The notes beneath the pieces are model-generated. The model ran no database searches. It worked only from the letters and a program-made list of their open reading frames with translations, and was not told where the DNA came from. Below are positions 35,121-45,083 of a DNA stretch of 55,098 nt, one piece after another. The stretch spans positions 1 to 55,098 of IMG/VR virus record IMGVR_UViG_3300013119_000328; one strand, given 5' to 3'. The stretch comes from a virus (taxonomy: Duplodnaviria > Caudoviricetes). Position numbers and translations under genes: made by a program. The stretch's first letter is position 1, and each line of letters starts with the position of its first letter.

Positions 35121-36365
35121 TTATCCTACGTAAATGCCTTGGGGAACTCGTTTGAGGACGTTCTCCGTAGCGTCTTGTAGGCTCTGATCGCTCTCGGCGA
35201 GCTTGCCGTAGGTCAACTCATCGAACACAGTCTTGAGTTCTTCTCTCAACTTGTCTTGCTCTTCCTTTCCCTGCGATATGAGGTCTGAGCCGTTTAGGGT
35301 GATGTCGTTGCCCGGGATCGGAATAGAGGAGAGCTTGGAGCGGACCTGACCGAGCGTCTCTTTGCAAAGAGCAAGCGCAAAGCGTCGGATCCAGTGTTTG
35401 CCTACCGAGTTGATGTTCTCAAAAGGGACATTCGGGAATGGGAGAGAATTGACATTATTGATGCCGTCTGCGCCGTACTTGCGATCTGACTCTTCCTCGT
35501 AGGACTCGTTGGCTACGCGGAAGCGAACCCACATCTTCTCGGCTGAATATGATGATGGGGTTGGGTAAAGGCGAAGGCGGTTGTTGTGAATCTCGTAGGA
35601 ATAGTGCGATGCTCTCACTTTTAGGGAGTTCTCGAATGCGGATGCGTAGAGTTCCTGTTGCCACACAGGTACAGCCTCAAATGTGCTGTTTGCTCCATAT
35701 TGTCCGTAGGTGCCAGCCTTGAAGCCTCGTCCGCTGTTGGTGTGTCCGAAGAAACGCCAGATAGAGGTGTTGGGCTTGAAATATAACTTGTCAATCAATA
35801 TCTTGTTGTTGCCGACCAAAGAGGAAAAGGCGTCTTGGCCTGCTACGAGGTCTTGGAGGTCATAGTCCTGCTGGTTGTCTACAAGGTCAAACGAAGCAGA
35901 ATAGGTCTTCTCATGGCTGTTTAGCCCTGCTTGGGCGGCGATGGAGGCGGCGACGTGGGATGAATAGAACAAAGTGAAGCGAGGCAACTTGAGGTTCGGT
36001 TTGATGTTTAGGTCGGCACCATCGGAGCGATAGGCGGTCATCTCGCCGTCTTCGTTGAATGAACCAGTTGCGCCACCGAGCATGTCGGAAAGGACGTTCT
36101 TGGCTTGATGGGTATTTAGGAGATATGAGTACTCCAAACAAGACTCTTCGTATGCCTTGTAGACGTTGGCGGACTCGATCTCGATGTCGAGCATGTTCCC
36201 GCCAAGCTTACCATAGACATAGGCGACTTGGTCGGATGCGCCGTTGTTGAAGGCGGCAGTCGTGTAAATGCCATACGCAAGGGCGGCTTGGACTGCCGAA
36301 GCGTCCCCTGTTGCCGGTAGTGCTTTGGCGCTTGTTGTGCTTTTGGGTGATAGATCTGTGGGCAT
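35121..36365 (-). CDS. Neck / head-tail adaptor (gp13-like)
   Basis: KLGGNMLDIEI; WIRRFALALCKETLGQVRSK; ITLNGSDL. Confidence 0.75.
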   Translation of the reverse strand: MPTDLSPKSTTSAKALPATGDASAVQAALAYGIYTTAAFNNGASDQVAYVYGKLGGNMLDIEIESANVYKAYEESCLEYSYLLNTHQAKNVLSDMLGGATGSFNEDGEMTAYRSDGADLNIKPNLKLPRFTLFYSSHVAASIAAQAGLNSHEKTYSASFDLVDNQQDYDLQDLVAGQDAFSSLVGNNKILIDKLYFKPNTSIWRFFGHTNSGRGFKAGTYGQYGANSTFEAVPVWQQELYASAFENSLKVRASHYSYEIHNNRLRLYPTPSSYSAEKMWVRFRVANESYEEESDRKYGADGINNVNSLPFPNVPFENINSVGKHWIRRFALALCKETLGQVRSKLSSIPIPGNDITLNGSDLISQGKEEQDKLREELKTVFDELTYGKLAESDQSLQDATENVLKRVPQGIYVG

Positions 36366-36426
36366 CTGTGTTGCTCCTATTGTTAGGCGTAGGTGTAACC
36401 TTACTAAATAGGTTGGGCGAGGATGT

Positions 36427-37920
36427 TTAGTCTATCTCCATCATAAAGATGTTTGAGCCACAGCCGTAAACCTTTCTTACTCCTGCTTCTTCTGCTACTT
36501 GTTTTTCTGTTTTTCCTTTTTGTGCCCGATAATTGAAGCGGTTGTGGCGGACTTTGCCGTCTGTGTACCAATAGTCGAGTTGAGTGGTGCCCTTGTGGGT
36601 GAAACCTGACTTCTCGTAGACTGCGCCCGTGCCGAAGCGAAGATCGGCGTAGGTGAGGATGTTTTGGTAGCTTTGTTCCTTTGCCCACACAAGCGCCCTT
36701 GATAGGAGGCGAGTGAAGCCACCGACGACGATAGTATCGGTCTTTGTGGCGAGGCGGGCGATCTCTATCGCAGCGGCGTCACGATATTTCTTGTGGGCTG
36801 GAGTGCGGAGAGACAAGGCGGTGACGAGGGTGCCTTCATGATATAGCCCAAAGGTGATCTTGGATTTTGTGTTGCCGGAAATGTGATTGGATGCGAAAAA
36901 GTCCCTTGACTGAACTCGGGGGACGATGGCGACTTCACACTTTCTCGCAAATAGACGATTATCGACCTTGTTTGCTCGCTGGCGGATCATCGACTCAACG
37001 ATGGGGCGCTTTTCTGCCCACTCGTCCGAAAAAATGTGGAACAACCTGATGTCGCTTGCTGAACAGGCTTCTGTCTTCTCCTTGTGGTACCCTTTTCCCT
37101 TCCTGTCCTCTGTATGCCAGTAAAGTCCGTTGTACTCTATCGCTAAACGTGACTCGGGGACATAAATGTCCAACTCCCTCGGCCCGATCACCGATCTCGT
37201 GTTGTGCTCCACCTTCTCAAACAAGGTTTCTGTGAAACTTCTCACCTCTCGCTCCTCCAAGGACGCTGGGGTGCAAGTTCGACAAACTGCATGGTTGTGC
37301 AACATAAACCAAGATCGTTTCTCGATAGTTCCACACTCTACACAGCGGGCGTCCATTAGGACATGTTGATTTTCGTAATCTTCATATTTATTGAGTATCT
37401 CATAGCGGGTGACTAACTCGTCTGAACCCTCTGCAAAACGCTCACTCGTCAGTCCCTTATTGCTGTTTCTCCACTCTTCTAGCCCACGAAGAGTTGCCTC
37501 GTGGAGTGAGCGACCATACCAAGGGTTTCCCGCTCCCGTCATTCTCTTGGCGTGGGCGGCGACTGAAGGGGAGTTTTCCTTAGTTAGCCCCTTGCGCCAT
37601 GAGGCGCTTGGTCCTGTGTCGGAGCCAAATCCATAGAGGCGGGCAAATTCAGATTTAGATTGGGCTACATGTTTCTCGCAATATCTTCTAAATGAATAGT
37701 CCCCTCTGACGTATCTTGTGTCCTCGCCACACTCCTTGCAGGGTGGTCTGGTGCCCCCAAAATAGTGCTTTATGAGATATTCATCCATCTTCATTTTGTG
37801 CTTTGCTCCGATGTGCCCCGCGAAGGACGCCTTCGTGGCACACTGCTTGCCGCACTCTCTACAGAGCATTATCTCTTTGTCTGTCGCTTCGGGGCGGTGG
37901 TTCATCCTGTTCTTCTTCAT
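36427..37920 (-). CDS. Free-standing Hef-like endonuclease: C2H2 finger, Vsr-like nuclease, GNAT/Mom-like C-domain
   Basis: CRECGK...H...H; ELDIYVPESRLAIEYNGLYWH; IEIARLA...VGGFTRLL...TYAD...GAVYEKSGF. Confidence 0.75.
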   Translation of the reverse strand: MKKNRMNHRPEATDKEIMLCRECGKQCATKASFAGHIGAKHKMKMDEYLIKHYFGGTRPPCKECGEDTRYVRGDYSFRRYCEKHVAQSKSEFARLYGFGSDTGPSASWRKGLTKENSPSVAAHAKRMTGAGNPWYGRSLHEATLRGLEEWRNSNKGLTSERFAEGSDELVTRYEILNKYEDYENQHVLMDARCVECGTIEKRSWFMLHNHAVCRTCTPASLEEREVRSFTETLFEKVEHNTRSVIGPRELDIYVPESRLAIEYNGLYWHTEDRKGKGYHKEKTEACSASDIRLFHIFSDEWAEKRPIVESMIRQRANKVDNRLFARKCEVAIVPRVQSRDFFASNHISGNTKSKITFGLYHEGTLVTALSLRTPAHKKYRDAAAIEIARLATKTDTIVVGGFTRLLSRALVWAKEQSYQNILTYADLRFGTGAVYEKSGFTHKGTTQLDYWYTDGKVRHNRFNYRAQKGKTEKQVAEEAGVRKVYGCGSNIFMMEID

Positions 37921-37936
37921 AACTTCTCCTCCCCCT

Positions 37937-37965
37937 ATTGTATCATTACTACATAGTGTTGTAAA
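37937..37965 (-). promoter_or_regulatory. Sigma70-type promoter of the endonuclease gene
   Basis: TTTACA-N17-TACAAT with TG extension; RBS GGAGGAG. Confidence 0.7.
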
Positions 37966-37998
37966 GGGGGTTTTATCCCGTTAGGCGATGTTCTAGGC

Positions 37999-38030
37999 AA
38001 AAAGAAACCCCGCCACTATGGACGGGGTTC
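37999..38030 (-). terminator. Terminator after the major capsid gene
   Basis: AACCCCG(U)CCA-UAG-UGGCGGGGUU stem followed by UCUUUUU. Confidence 0.8.
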
Positions 38031-38074
38031 CTAAATTGACCTAACCTATCTCTAGGCGGGTATAGCTTGCGCTA

Positions 38075-39799
38075 TTAGCCCATTAGAAGATCGTGTACCA
38101 CTACCAAGCCGTACATGTCGGGGCGAACCATCTCTTTTGCGAACCTGGTTGACACACCCTTGACTGGCTTGAACGTAGCAGGGTCGATGATGGTGGGTGT
38201 CACCTGTAGCGGGACGTAGGGAGCGTAAACATATCCGCTCTCTAGGAAACCACTTCCTCGACGACCGACTAGGACGAGCGAGCGAGGGAAGTAAGGATCG
38301 ACATAAATGTCCATCTTCTTGCTTAGGCTACCAACCTTCTCTGGACCCCAAGAGCCCTTCTCGTCCTCGTTGCCGACCGACGCACGGAATGCAGCGGTGA
38401 ACTCAAGGATAGAAGCAACGTCGGGAGAGCAGACGAGGAAGTTAGCGCCGCCACGGAGGGTCTTGCGGTGCATGACAGCCGAGAGGTCGTTGATTACCTC
38501 AAGGAGAGTCTCGTACCACTCGCTGACCGAACCAGTGAAGTCCAAGGCAGTGCCCTTATTTCCGGTGGTACGATTGAGGTTCGTACCAGGAACACGAGAC
38601 CAGTGATAGGTTCCGCACTTAGCGCCAGCGATGAGGTCACCAAGGATCTCTTGGTCGATCTCAAGTCCAATCATCTCAGAGAGGACGCTGGTTAGCTCGA
38701 CTTCGGCGTCTACGCTGTGGTAGGCGTTGAGGTCCTGAGCAAGCTCAGGGGTCCACTTGGCCTTGAGCTTCTTGGACACTGCTGTCACAGCGACAGAGTC
38801 AACCTTAAGGTCGATTTCTGCAATAGCATTGCCTGGCTCGTGGAGCATCTGATTTGCAACTGGGATGACAGAACCTACTGCTCCGCCGTCTTCGAGGGGG
38901 TCCGCAGAAGCAAAAGTAAGGTTCCGATCGGTGGCGTCGGCGCCGCTGATGTCGAGCGAGTCGCCAATGACCACTAGGTCCAGCTTATTAGCCGCTGGTG
39001 ATGTGGTCAAGCGACGGACAACGTTGCTTCCTGCCAACTTGACAGAAGAGAGAGCGCTTCCATCTACTTTGGCCCAATCGGCAGCAGAGAGTTGTATGCG
39101 CAGAACGGCAACCTTGTGAGATGACGTTGTAGCCAAGTAGTCCAACAAATCAGCGTCAGCACGAATAGCTGTCATCATGGTGTTTCCGGCGGGGGTGTCG
39201 GCGATGACCTCGGTGTGAGCGAGCGCTGCTAGGTGCTGGATGCTCTTGCCGTCGGCGATAGCGCCGGCTGAGGCGACGCGGTCTGTAATAGTTACAGTTG
39301 CGTGTGCAGAGGCATAGCCGCTATCAAGGTTATAGAAGCCCTGTGGACCTTCAGAGGCTTTTGCTTCTGTCTCGTTACCAAAGTCAACTCCACCTTGGAG
39401 TCCCTTGGCGACAACACGACCACCATAGACAGACTCATCTATAGCATTGTGACCGCTAGCGGTGCCACGTTGGAAGTCCATGAAGAACACGAGACCACTT
39501 GGGAGACTCATGGGTTGGACGGAAACGAGTTCCTGAGCGATTAGTCCTCCGAACACGCGGCGAACTAGTGGGAATGCGACGGCTGCGAAGCCCTCGACGT
39601 CACCACCAGCCATTGTAGACTCCTCTTTGAGAAGCTGTGCGGCTTGGTTCTCTAGTAGACGGGCCATACCATCACGAGCGATATCGCTGGCTAGACCTTC
39701 GAGGAGACCTGTAGCCTCCCATTTGCCAACAAGAGCCTTGCTCTCGTTAGCGACCGAGCGAGCTTGGATGCCCTCGGTTAGTTTTCCTATAATAGACAT
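38075..39799 (-). CDS. Major capsid protein (gp23-like)
   Basis: KWEATGLLEG, FPLVRRVF, VSVQPMSLPSGLVF, KLKAKWTPELAQDLNAYH, YAPYVPLQ. Confidence 0.96.
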   Translation of the reverse strand: MSIIGKLTEGIQARSVANESKALVGKWEATGLLEGLASDIARDGMARLLENQAAQLLKEESTMAGGDVEGFAAVAFPLVRRVFGGLIAQELVSVQPMSLPSGLVFFMDFQRGTASGHNAIDESVYGGRVVAKGLQGGVDFGNETEAKASEGPQGFYNLDSGYASAHATVTITDRVASAGAIADGKSIQHLAALAHTEVIADTPAGNTMMTAIRADADLLDYLATTSSHKVAVLRIQLSAADWAKVDGSALSSVKLAGSNVVRRLTTSPAANKLDLVVIGDSLDISGADATDRNLTFASADPLEDGGAVGSVIPVANQMLHEPGNAIAEIDLKVDSVAVTAVSKKLKAKWTPELAQDLNAYHSVDAEVELTSVLSEMIGLEIDQEILGDLIAGAKCGTYHWSRVPGTNLNRTTGNKGTALDFTGSVSEWYETLLEVINDLSAVMHRKTLRGGANFLVCSPDVASILEFTAAFRASVGNEDEKGSWGPEKVGSLSKKMDIYVDPYFPRSLVLVGRRGSGFLESGYVYAPYVPLQVTPTIIDPATFKPVKGVSTRFAKEMVRPDMYGLVVVHDLLMG

Positions 39800-39824
39800 A
39801 TTGTCTTTCTCCTATGTTTGTTTG

Positions 39825-40928
39825 TTAAATTCCCGCTAAGTGTGCCCAGCGGCTCTTTTGCGGTGTTGGTATTGTAGATGAAACCTCTTGGCGAGCACGG
39901 AGTCTCGCTGAAGAACTCTTTGTTACGGCTTCGGATAGTGACTTGTTGGCTTTAGCAACTTTCTCGCCGGTGCCCACTGTCCTCTGAAGTGTCTCATAGA
40001 TGGTCTTCGCTTCATCAACGGTTTGTGCGTTCTGGAGATGTTCTGCCATTTGCTTGCGCTGGCGCTCATTTAGGGAGCCGTTCTTCAGGACACGGTTGGT
40101 ATAGAATAGTCGTGCATTCGATAGGTTGATTTCTTGCAACCTCTCTTTTGCCTGCCCGAGCAGTTCTAGTAACTCTTTGTTTTTTGTTGCCGACTCTTTG
40201 AGTTGGGCTTGTAGGTTTGTGTTGAGGGTCTTGGCTTCCTCTAGCTCGGCGGGATCTTGTCCGTCGGCGGCTTGGGGGGCCTCTTCTTCCTCTTCTTCTA
40301 GTTCGATTTCGACCTCTTCGTCGCCCTCTTCCATCTCGGATAGGGCTTCGGCGGCGGCGTTAGGGACGTCGATGGCGAGCATCTCCTTGAAGAGTTGCTC
40401 TAGCTCCCCCTCATTGATCTCGATCTCGTCGTTCTCTAGTTCGTCCTTGTGGTTGATCTTCTCGTTGGTGCGGTTGGCAGCGATTTCGTCCTCGCTGAAC
40501 CCAGGGTCGAGAATCTGCTCTTCATCCTCAAGTTCGGGGATGCCTACTTCGTCGGCAATTGCCTCACGATCCATTACACCTTCTTCGCCGCCCTCTTCTG
40601 CTTCGGCAGCGGCGATGATGGCGTCTAGGTCGATAGTGACCACTTCGTCCTCGGCAGACTCATGACCTGCGGGGATGGCAGACATGACTGCGGCGTCCAT
40701 ACTGGGCTCTTCGGCAGACATCTCGTCTTCCATACCCGTCTCCATGTCCATCTCTCCTTCGAGACCTTCCTCATCATCCATCCCAAGCGGGTCTTCTTCT
40801 AGAAGACGCTGGACTGCCTCCTTTACTTCGGAAGCATAGCGCTCAATGACTTGACTTTCGGCGTTCTTGTTCGCTGCCTCACGGAGCGACTTGGCGTCGA
40901 TTATTGCTTGCTCTAGCATACTGGACAT
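39825..40928 (-). CDS. Prohead core/scaffold protein
   Basis: Very acidic coiled coil directly upstream of the capsid gene; EINLSNARLFYTN. Confidence 0.75.
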   Translation of the reverse strand: MSSMLEQAIIDAKSLREAANKNAESQVIERYASEVKEAVQRLLEEDPLGMDDEEGLEGEMDMETGMEDEMSAEEPSMDAAVMSAIPAGHESAEDEVVTIDLDAIIAAAEAEEGGEEGVMDREAIADEVGIPELEDEEQILDPGFSEDEIAANRTNEKINHKDELENDEIEINEGELEQLFKEMLAIDVPNAAAEALSEMEEGDEEVEIELEEEEEEAPQAADGQDPAELEEAKTLNTNLQAQLKESATKNKELLELLGQAKERLQEINLSNARLFYTNRVLKNGSLNERQRKQMAEHLQNAQTVDEAKTIYETLQRTVGTGEKVAKANKSLSEAVTKSSSARLRARQEVSSTIPTPQKSRWAHLAGI

Positions 40929-41013
40929 TTATGAGTTCCTCTCGGTTTATTAGTAGATACGCTAGGCGCATTACACTAAATAGTTGTTCTGTTAGCGAAA
41001 CGACTTTTAGTTG

Positions 41014-41400
41014 TTATGCCGTATCTAGACCTGCACCCGTGAGGGCATACATCTGGGAAGGCTCGATGTTCGTTAGTTCGGCTGAGAGGTCGAAGGCGCT
41101 GTCGGCTGCGGTCCCAGTGACAAACACCTCTTTGCACTTCACGTTGAATGTCATCCTTTCATTTGCTTCGAGTGTCACAAAGTGGAGCCCGGCGATGGCG
41201 TTACCCGTGTTGGCAAAATGGACCCTGACAGATGCAGTCTTCGCAGTCACAGTGACGGCACTACTGACATAAGGAAACTCGACCGTAATTGTTGTGCCGT
41301 CACCTATAGCAGAAGACCCAGTCATAAATGGTCGTCCTGAAACCTGGTAGGAACCGACGCTGCCGAGTCCCGCTTTGTAGTGTGAAAATGTATCAGCCAT
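41014..41400 (-). CDS. Hypothetical virion protein
   Basis: GLGSVGSYQVSGRPF, beta-rich, in the head module. Confidence 0.6.
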   Translation of the reverse strand: MADTFSHYKAGLGSVGSYQVSGRPFMTGSSAIGDGTTITVEFPYVSSAVTVTAKTASVRVHFANTGNAIAGLHFVTLEANERMTFNVKCKEVFVTGTAADSAFDLSAELTNIEPSQMYALTGAGLDTA

Positions 41401-41418
41401 TGCTGCTTCTCCTATTGG

Positions 41419-41709
41419 TTATCGTTTGCGAGGCTTTGGGAGCCCCCTGAAGTTAAGTAGTTCGTTGTTTTTGCGATTTACACGATCAATGACCCTTTGG
41501 CGCTCACGCTTCGCCTCTCGGCGGCGCTCTGATTTACCTCTGAAATACATTCTCTCTCGCACTTCGTCGAGCATCCCAACATTCCTAACCATACGACTAA
41601 ATCGCTTTACCAACAACTCACTGTCGCCGTCCTTGGTGTTGCGCAGCTCGATTATGCCGCTGATTTGTTGCTCGCCCTTTCGAGGTCTGCTGTAATTGTT
41701 GTTGCTCAT
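41419..41709 (-). CDS. rpsU: Ribosomal protein bS21 homolog
   Basis: DSELLVKRFSRMVRNVGMLDEVRERMYFRGKSERRREAKR follows the bS21 pattern. Confidence 0.75.
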   Translation of the reverse strand: MSNNNYSRPRKGEQQISGIIELRNTKDGDSELLVKRFSRMVRNVGMLDEVRERMYFRGKSERRREAKRERQRVIDRVNRKNNELLNFRGLPKPRKR

Positions 41710-41712
41710 TTG

Positions 41713-42096
41713 TTAGCCTTTCTTTAGCCTGTTTGAGATTGTTCCCCAGTTTCCTAAACCGGGCATGTTTGAAATATCGACGCCTGCGTCGCTTGCTCCA
41801 TCATCCAGGGGTGTTGTTCCCTCGAAGAGGTGGGCGTTTGGTAGTTTTGTTTTTGTTGCCGCATTAGCGTAGGGGTCTGGTTGGGATCCCATCATGGCTT
41901 GGCGGAGTTTGGCTCTGACAGCCTCTCTGTCGGATGCCTGCGCCTGTACTGCTGGGGCTTGGGACTCTGCGACGACACGAGTCGTTGCTCCTAAACCTTG
42001 GGCGACCTCGGTGACGATTGAGCGTAGTGCCCCTTCCTCGAAAATGACTTCCTTTACGCACTCCTTGATGAGTGACTTAAGTTCTGATTTCTTCAT
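41713..42096 (-). CDS. Hypothetical head-module protein
   Basis: MKKSELKSLIKECVKEVIFEE; ATGA-coupled to the upstream gene. Confidence 0.7.
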   Translation of the reverse strand: MKKSELKSLIKECVKEVIFEEGALRSIVTEVAQGLGATTRVVAESQAPAVQAQASDREAVRAKLRQAMMGSQPDPYANAATKTKLPNAHLFEGTTPLDDGASDAGVDISNMPGLGNWGTISNRLKKG

Positions 42097-43589
42097 CCCG
42101 CCTCTTTCTCTTTGGGTGTGTTCTCTAACTCGTAATAGATGTTGCCACAGTTCCAAATCCTGTCGTAACCGTTCATCAACATGTTCTCTAATTCCGTCTT
42201 TGCGCCATCATAAATAGGCAACAACTTCTTTAAACGGCGCTTCATAAACTTTTGACGACTGTGGACCTGACGATAGTCCTTCGAAACATACTGGTATCCT
42301 ACTGCTGTTTCCCTGACACGAGAGAACCCTAGACGCTCATAAGTGCCGCCGCTAAAGGTTGCCTTGTCACAATAGGAAACCAACTTTCTAGATGTGGACC
42401 CTCGTAAATAGTGGACCAAAAGCCTCCGAGAGCCGCCGACTATCGTACACCCCGCCCTAGAACATAAACGAATCAACTCATCAGTATCTTCCTCAAACCT
42501 AGATGAACCAAAGGACGCCATCATTATCAACTCGCCGCAATACTCTAGTCCATAATGCTTAGATGCTGCCGCGAAACCCTGGAGGTGGTTAGAATCATAA
42601 AACTCTCTCGCTGTCGACGAGTTGGGACGCACCACACTGCACTCTCTGGCGGTCACCCTCTTCTCCACCTTGCCGAGCCTTGAAGCGATGATGTTCTTGA
42701 TGATGGCTTGCTTGTCACGCCAATCATGTTCCCACACATAAAGTACATCTATCCCCAAAGAGTTATAGTACTCTTGTTTCTGTTTGTGGTATTGTTTATC
42801 TTTGTTGCCGGCAAATTCAGAGTGCCAATAAGTTCCATTGAACTCTATCCCTAGGGACTCAGTCGGCAGGTAGATGTCTAGTTCATGCCCCCCGTCTCTA
42901 TGGTGGCGCTCGATCTCGAACCCCAAGGTTACAACATAGTCCGCAAGTTGCTGCTCGCCAAGAGAAGTACCCACGCGAGGTTTGCACCGACGACACTGGA
43001 TACATTCTGCTGCCTCTGATGTCTTGTTCAGAGATCTCTCGAAAGTCTCCTTACACTCCAGACATCTAAACTTGCCTTTCTGCAAGTTTATCGATAAGCT
43101 GTGGTCTGGTGACGAAATCAACTCAAGATTCTCACGTACACACAACGCCCGAAGCCTTGCTCCAAATAGTTTCCTGCTGCGATCAGCACGCAATGATGGA
43201 GAACTCATTGTGTTTTTGGCTCCATACCTCGAAACCATAGTTGCTGATGCTTTCTCTTGTACCTGTTTGTTCCCAAAAGGAGATTTTGAGCCGTATCGCT
43301 CTATGTTTGTTTCAGCAATCTTTTTGAGTACGGCAGGAGAGTGCATCTGGTGACGTACCCCATAGGTTTCTTCGAGTGTATCTCCTTTGCGCCGCTTTAC
43401 ACAACCCTTGTCCGGGCACCTACGACCAAGGTCAATCAGATTCTTCTTGTTGGTCCAAAAGAGTGTGCCACAAGTCACATGCTCTATCTCGAACTTGGTC
43501 CGATTATTTACATACTTAAAATCTGCTGCGAGCACATACTCTTCTGTTTCGTTTGTGAATTGACGGATTTGCTGCTCAGGCGACATCAA
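42093..43589 (-). CDS. Second Hef-like free-standing endonuclease with (E/S)(T/R)YG repeats and GNAT/Mom-like C-domain
   Basis: ETYGV/ERYGS/SRYGA repeats; ELDIYLPTESLGIEFNGTYWH; ELIRLCS...VGGSRRLL...SYCD...TYERLGF. Confidence 0.75.
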   Translation of the reverse strand: MMSPEQQIRQFTNETEEYVLAADFKYVNNRTKFEIEHVTCGTLFWTNKKNLIDLGRRCPDKGCVKRRKGDTLEETYGVRHQMHSPAVLKKIAETNIERYGSKSPFGNKQVQEKASATMVSRYGAKNTMSSPSLRADRSRKLFGARLRALCVRENLELISSPDHSLSINLQKGKFRCLECKETFERSLNKTSEAAECIQCRRCKPRVGTSLGEQQLADYVVTLGFEIERHHRDGGHELDIYLPTESLGIEFNGTYWHSEFAGNKDKQYHKQKQEYYNSLGIDVLYVWEHDWRDKQAIIKNIIASRLGKVEKRVTARECSVVRPNSSTAREFYDSNHLQGFAAASKHYGLEYCGELIMMASFGSSRFEEDTDELIRLCSRAGCTIVGGSRRLLVHYLRGSTSRKLVSYCDKATFSGGTYERLGFSRVRETAVGYQYVSKDYRQVHSRQKFMKRRLKKLLPIYDGAKTELENMLMNGYDRIWNCGNIYYELENTPKEKEAG

Positions 43590-44176
43590 TCCTCCAAAAT
43601 GTCGTTTAGGGCTCGGTTGATTCGATCTGCTTTGGTGAGATTAGTTCTCACTTGGCTCTCGGCGACAAGGTAGGCTCCCGTGGTGCTTGGCTCACTCACC
43701 AAGTCAAAGCATAGTAGTTGGAAGTCATCTTCGACCATGGTTACTCCGTTGGCTTGGCGGGTACTTCCTAGACCACGACTGGATATGCCGAGTTGGACGC
43801 CACCCTGTACGAGGTTCTTGGCGATCTTGCCTGCGGGAGTGTCGAGGATCTTCATCTTGCCCATGACATCGTCGCCGTCCCACCACACTTCGGTTACGAG
43901 ATGGCTGGCGTTCTTGAGTTCCACTACTGAACTATCAGGGTGGTCTAGTTCGCCGATGGCTCGCCCCTCCTTGACTAGTTTCTCGTAGTTCTTCATCTCA
44001 CGCTCTAAAATAGGACGGGGGTAGATGCGACCGTTGCCGTTCTTGGCGTTGGCTGCTTGGATCTTGCCAGCTACGATGAGATGGGTACCCTCCTTGTTTC
44101 CAGCACGCTCTTCCTCCGTGAGGAGGCTGTCGCTGTAATCCAAATTCATAAACTCTTCTAATACATACTTTTTCAT
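43586..44176 (-). CDS. Prohead core protease (gp21-like)
   Basis: NGNGRIYP, GELDHP, GISSRGLGS, FDLVSEPS. Confidence 0.93.
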   Translation of the reverse strand: MKKYVLEEFMNLDYSDSLLTEEERAGNKEGTHLIVAGKIQAANAKNGNGRIYPRPILEREMKNYEKLVKEGRAIGELDHPDSSVVELKNASHLVTEVWWDGDDVMGKMKILDTPAGKIAKNLVQGGVQLGISSRGLGSTRQANGVTMVEDDFQLLCFDLVSEPSTTGAYLVAESQVRTNLTKADRINRALNDILED

Positions 44177-44198
44177 TTTGTTTCCCGAAAGTAGTTAA

Positions 44199-44534
44199 CT
44201 ACCCTTGCAACAGCGTCTTACTCTTGGGAGCATCCACCGTTTTGTTGTTCTGTGTGTGTTCAATCCTAATTCCCTCGTCGCTTATTAGCATAGAAAGTGC
44301 ATAACTCGTGCCCGCCCCTAGTGCTCCCATCACGAAACAGTTAGCGGGCGAAACGCTGTAAGTAAATAGGTCTGTAAATGGGTTTAGGCACACCAGAAGT
44401 GCGCTTACCCAGAAGCCGACGCAAAGAGGGCAGTGGAAAAAATGGTGTTTGGGGCGAATAGGGTTGAAAATGCGACCATAGACGAGCATGGTGGTCAACC
44501 CATAAGAAGATAGAATAAAGTAGATGAGGTCCAT
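44199..44534 (-). CDS. Small membrane protein (DUF1360-like)
   Basis: Hydrophobic helices around FHCPLCVGFW. Confidence 0.6.
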   Translation of the reverse strand: MDLIYFILSSYGLTTMLVYGRIFNPIRPKHHFFHCPLCVGFWVSALLVCLNPFTDLFTYSVSPANCFVMGALGAGTSYALSMLISDEGIRIEHTQNNKTVDAPKSKTLLQG

Positions 44535-45083
44535 CTAATAAACGTAGCCCCCGTAAACCATATTGCCGGTTGCGCGTTGCTTCTCTCGGACATCTTCCTC
44601 GTTCTCTATTTCGCCAAGTTCAGTGGACTCTTCGTCCCCAGGGTTGATAAAGCGATCTTCGGCGTTCTCCTCTATATCGTTTCCGAACTCACCCTCGACA
44701 TGGTACTTGTTGAAATACTTCTCAAGCTCAAGGAGGGCTACCTGTACGGGGCTGACCTCTTCACTCTCGCCTAGTTTCGCCTCATAAACTCCGTAAACGA
44801 AGCCTGCTTCCATCGGTCCGTCTATGAGTCCACGGCTGGACATCTCTGCGTAGAACTCCTTTTGCTTGTGATATACCTCCTCACCAACTCCTTGGTGTGG
44901 GACCATCATTATTTTGTTCTTTGCCGGAGAAATGACAATATCCATCATGTCGTGCTCCTGGATGATGATGTCGCCTGATAGGGACTTGTGAGCCCTGAGG
45001 CGGACTGTGGCTTGCGGAGGGGCAACTTCCTCTATGTCTGCACCACCTGCGGTGCCAGAGTTTATCGTGATCTTAATTGGCAT
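44535..45083 (-). CDS. Hypothetical protein
   Basis: Operon-coupled ORF. Confidence 0.65.
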   Translation of the reverse strand: MPIKITINSGTAGGADIEEVAPPQATVRLRAHKSLSGDIIIQEHDMMDIVISPAKNKIMMVPHQGVGEEVYHKQKEFYAEMSSRGLIDGPMEAGFVYGVYEAKLGESEEVSPVQVALLELEKYFNKYHVEGEFGNDIEENAEDRFINPGDEESTELGEIENEEDVREKQRATGNMVYGGYVY

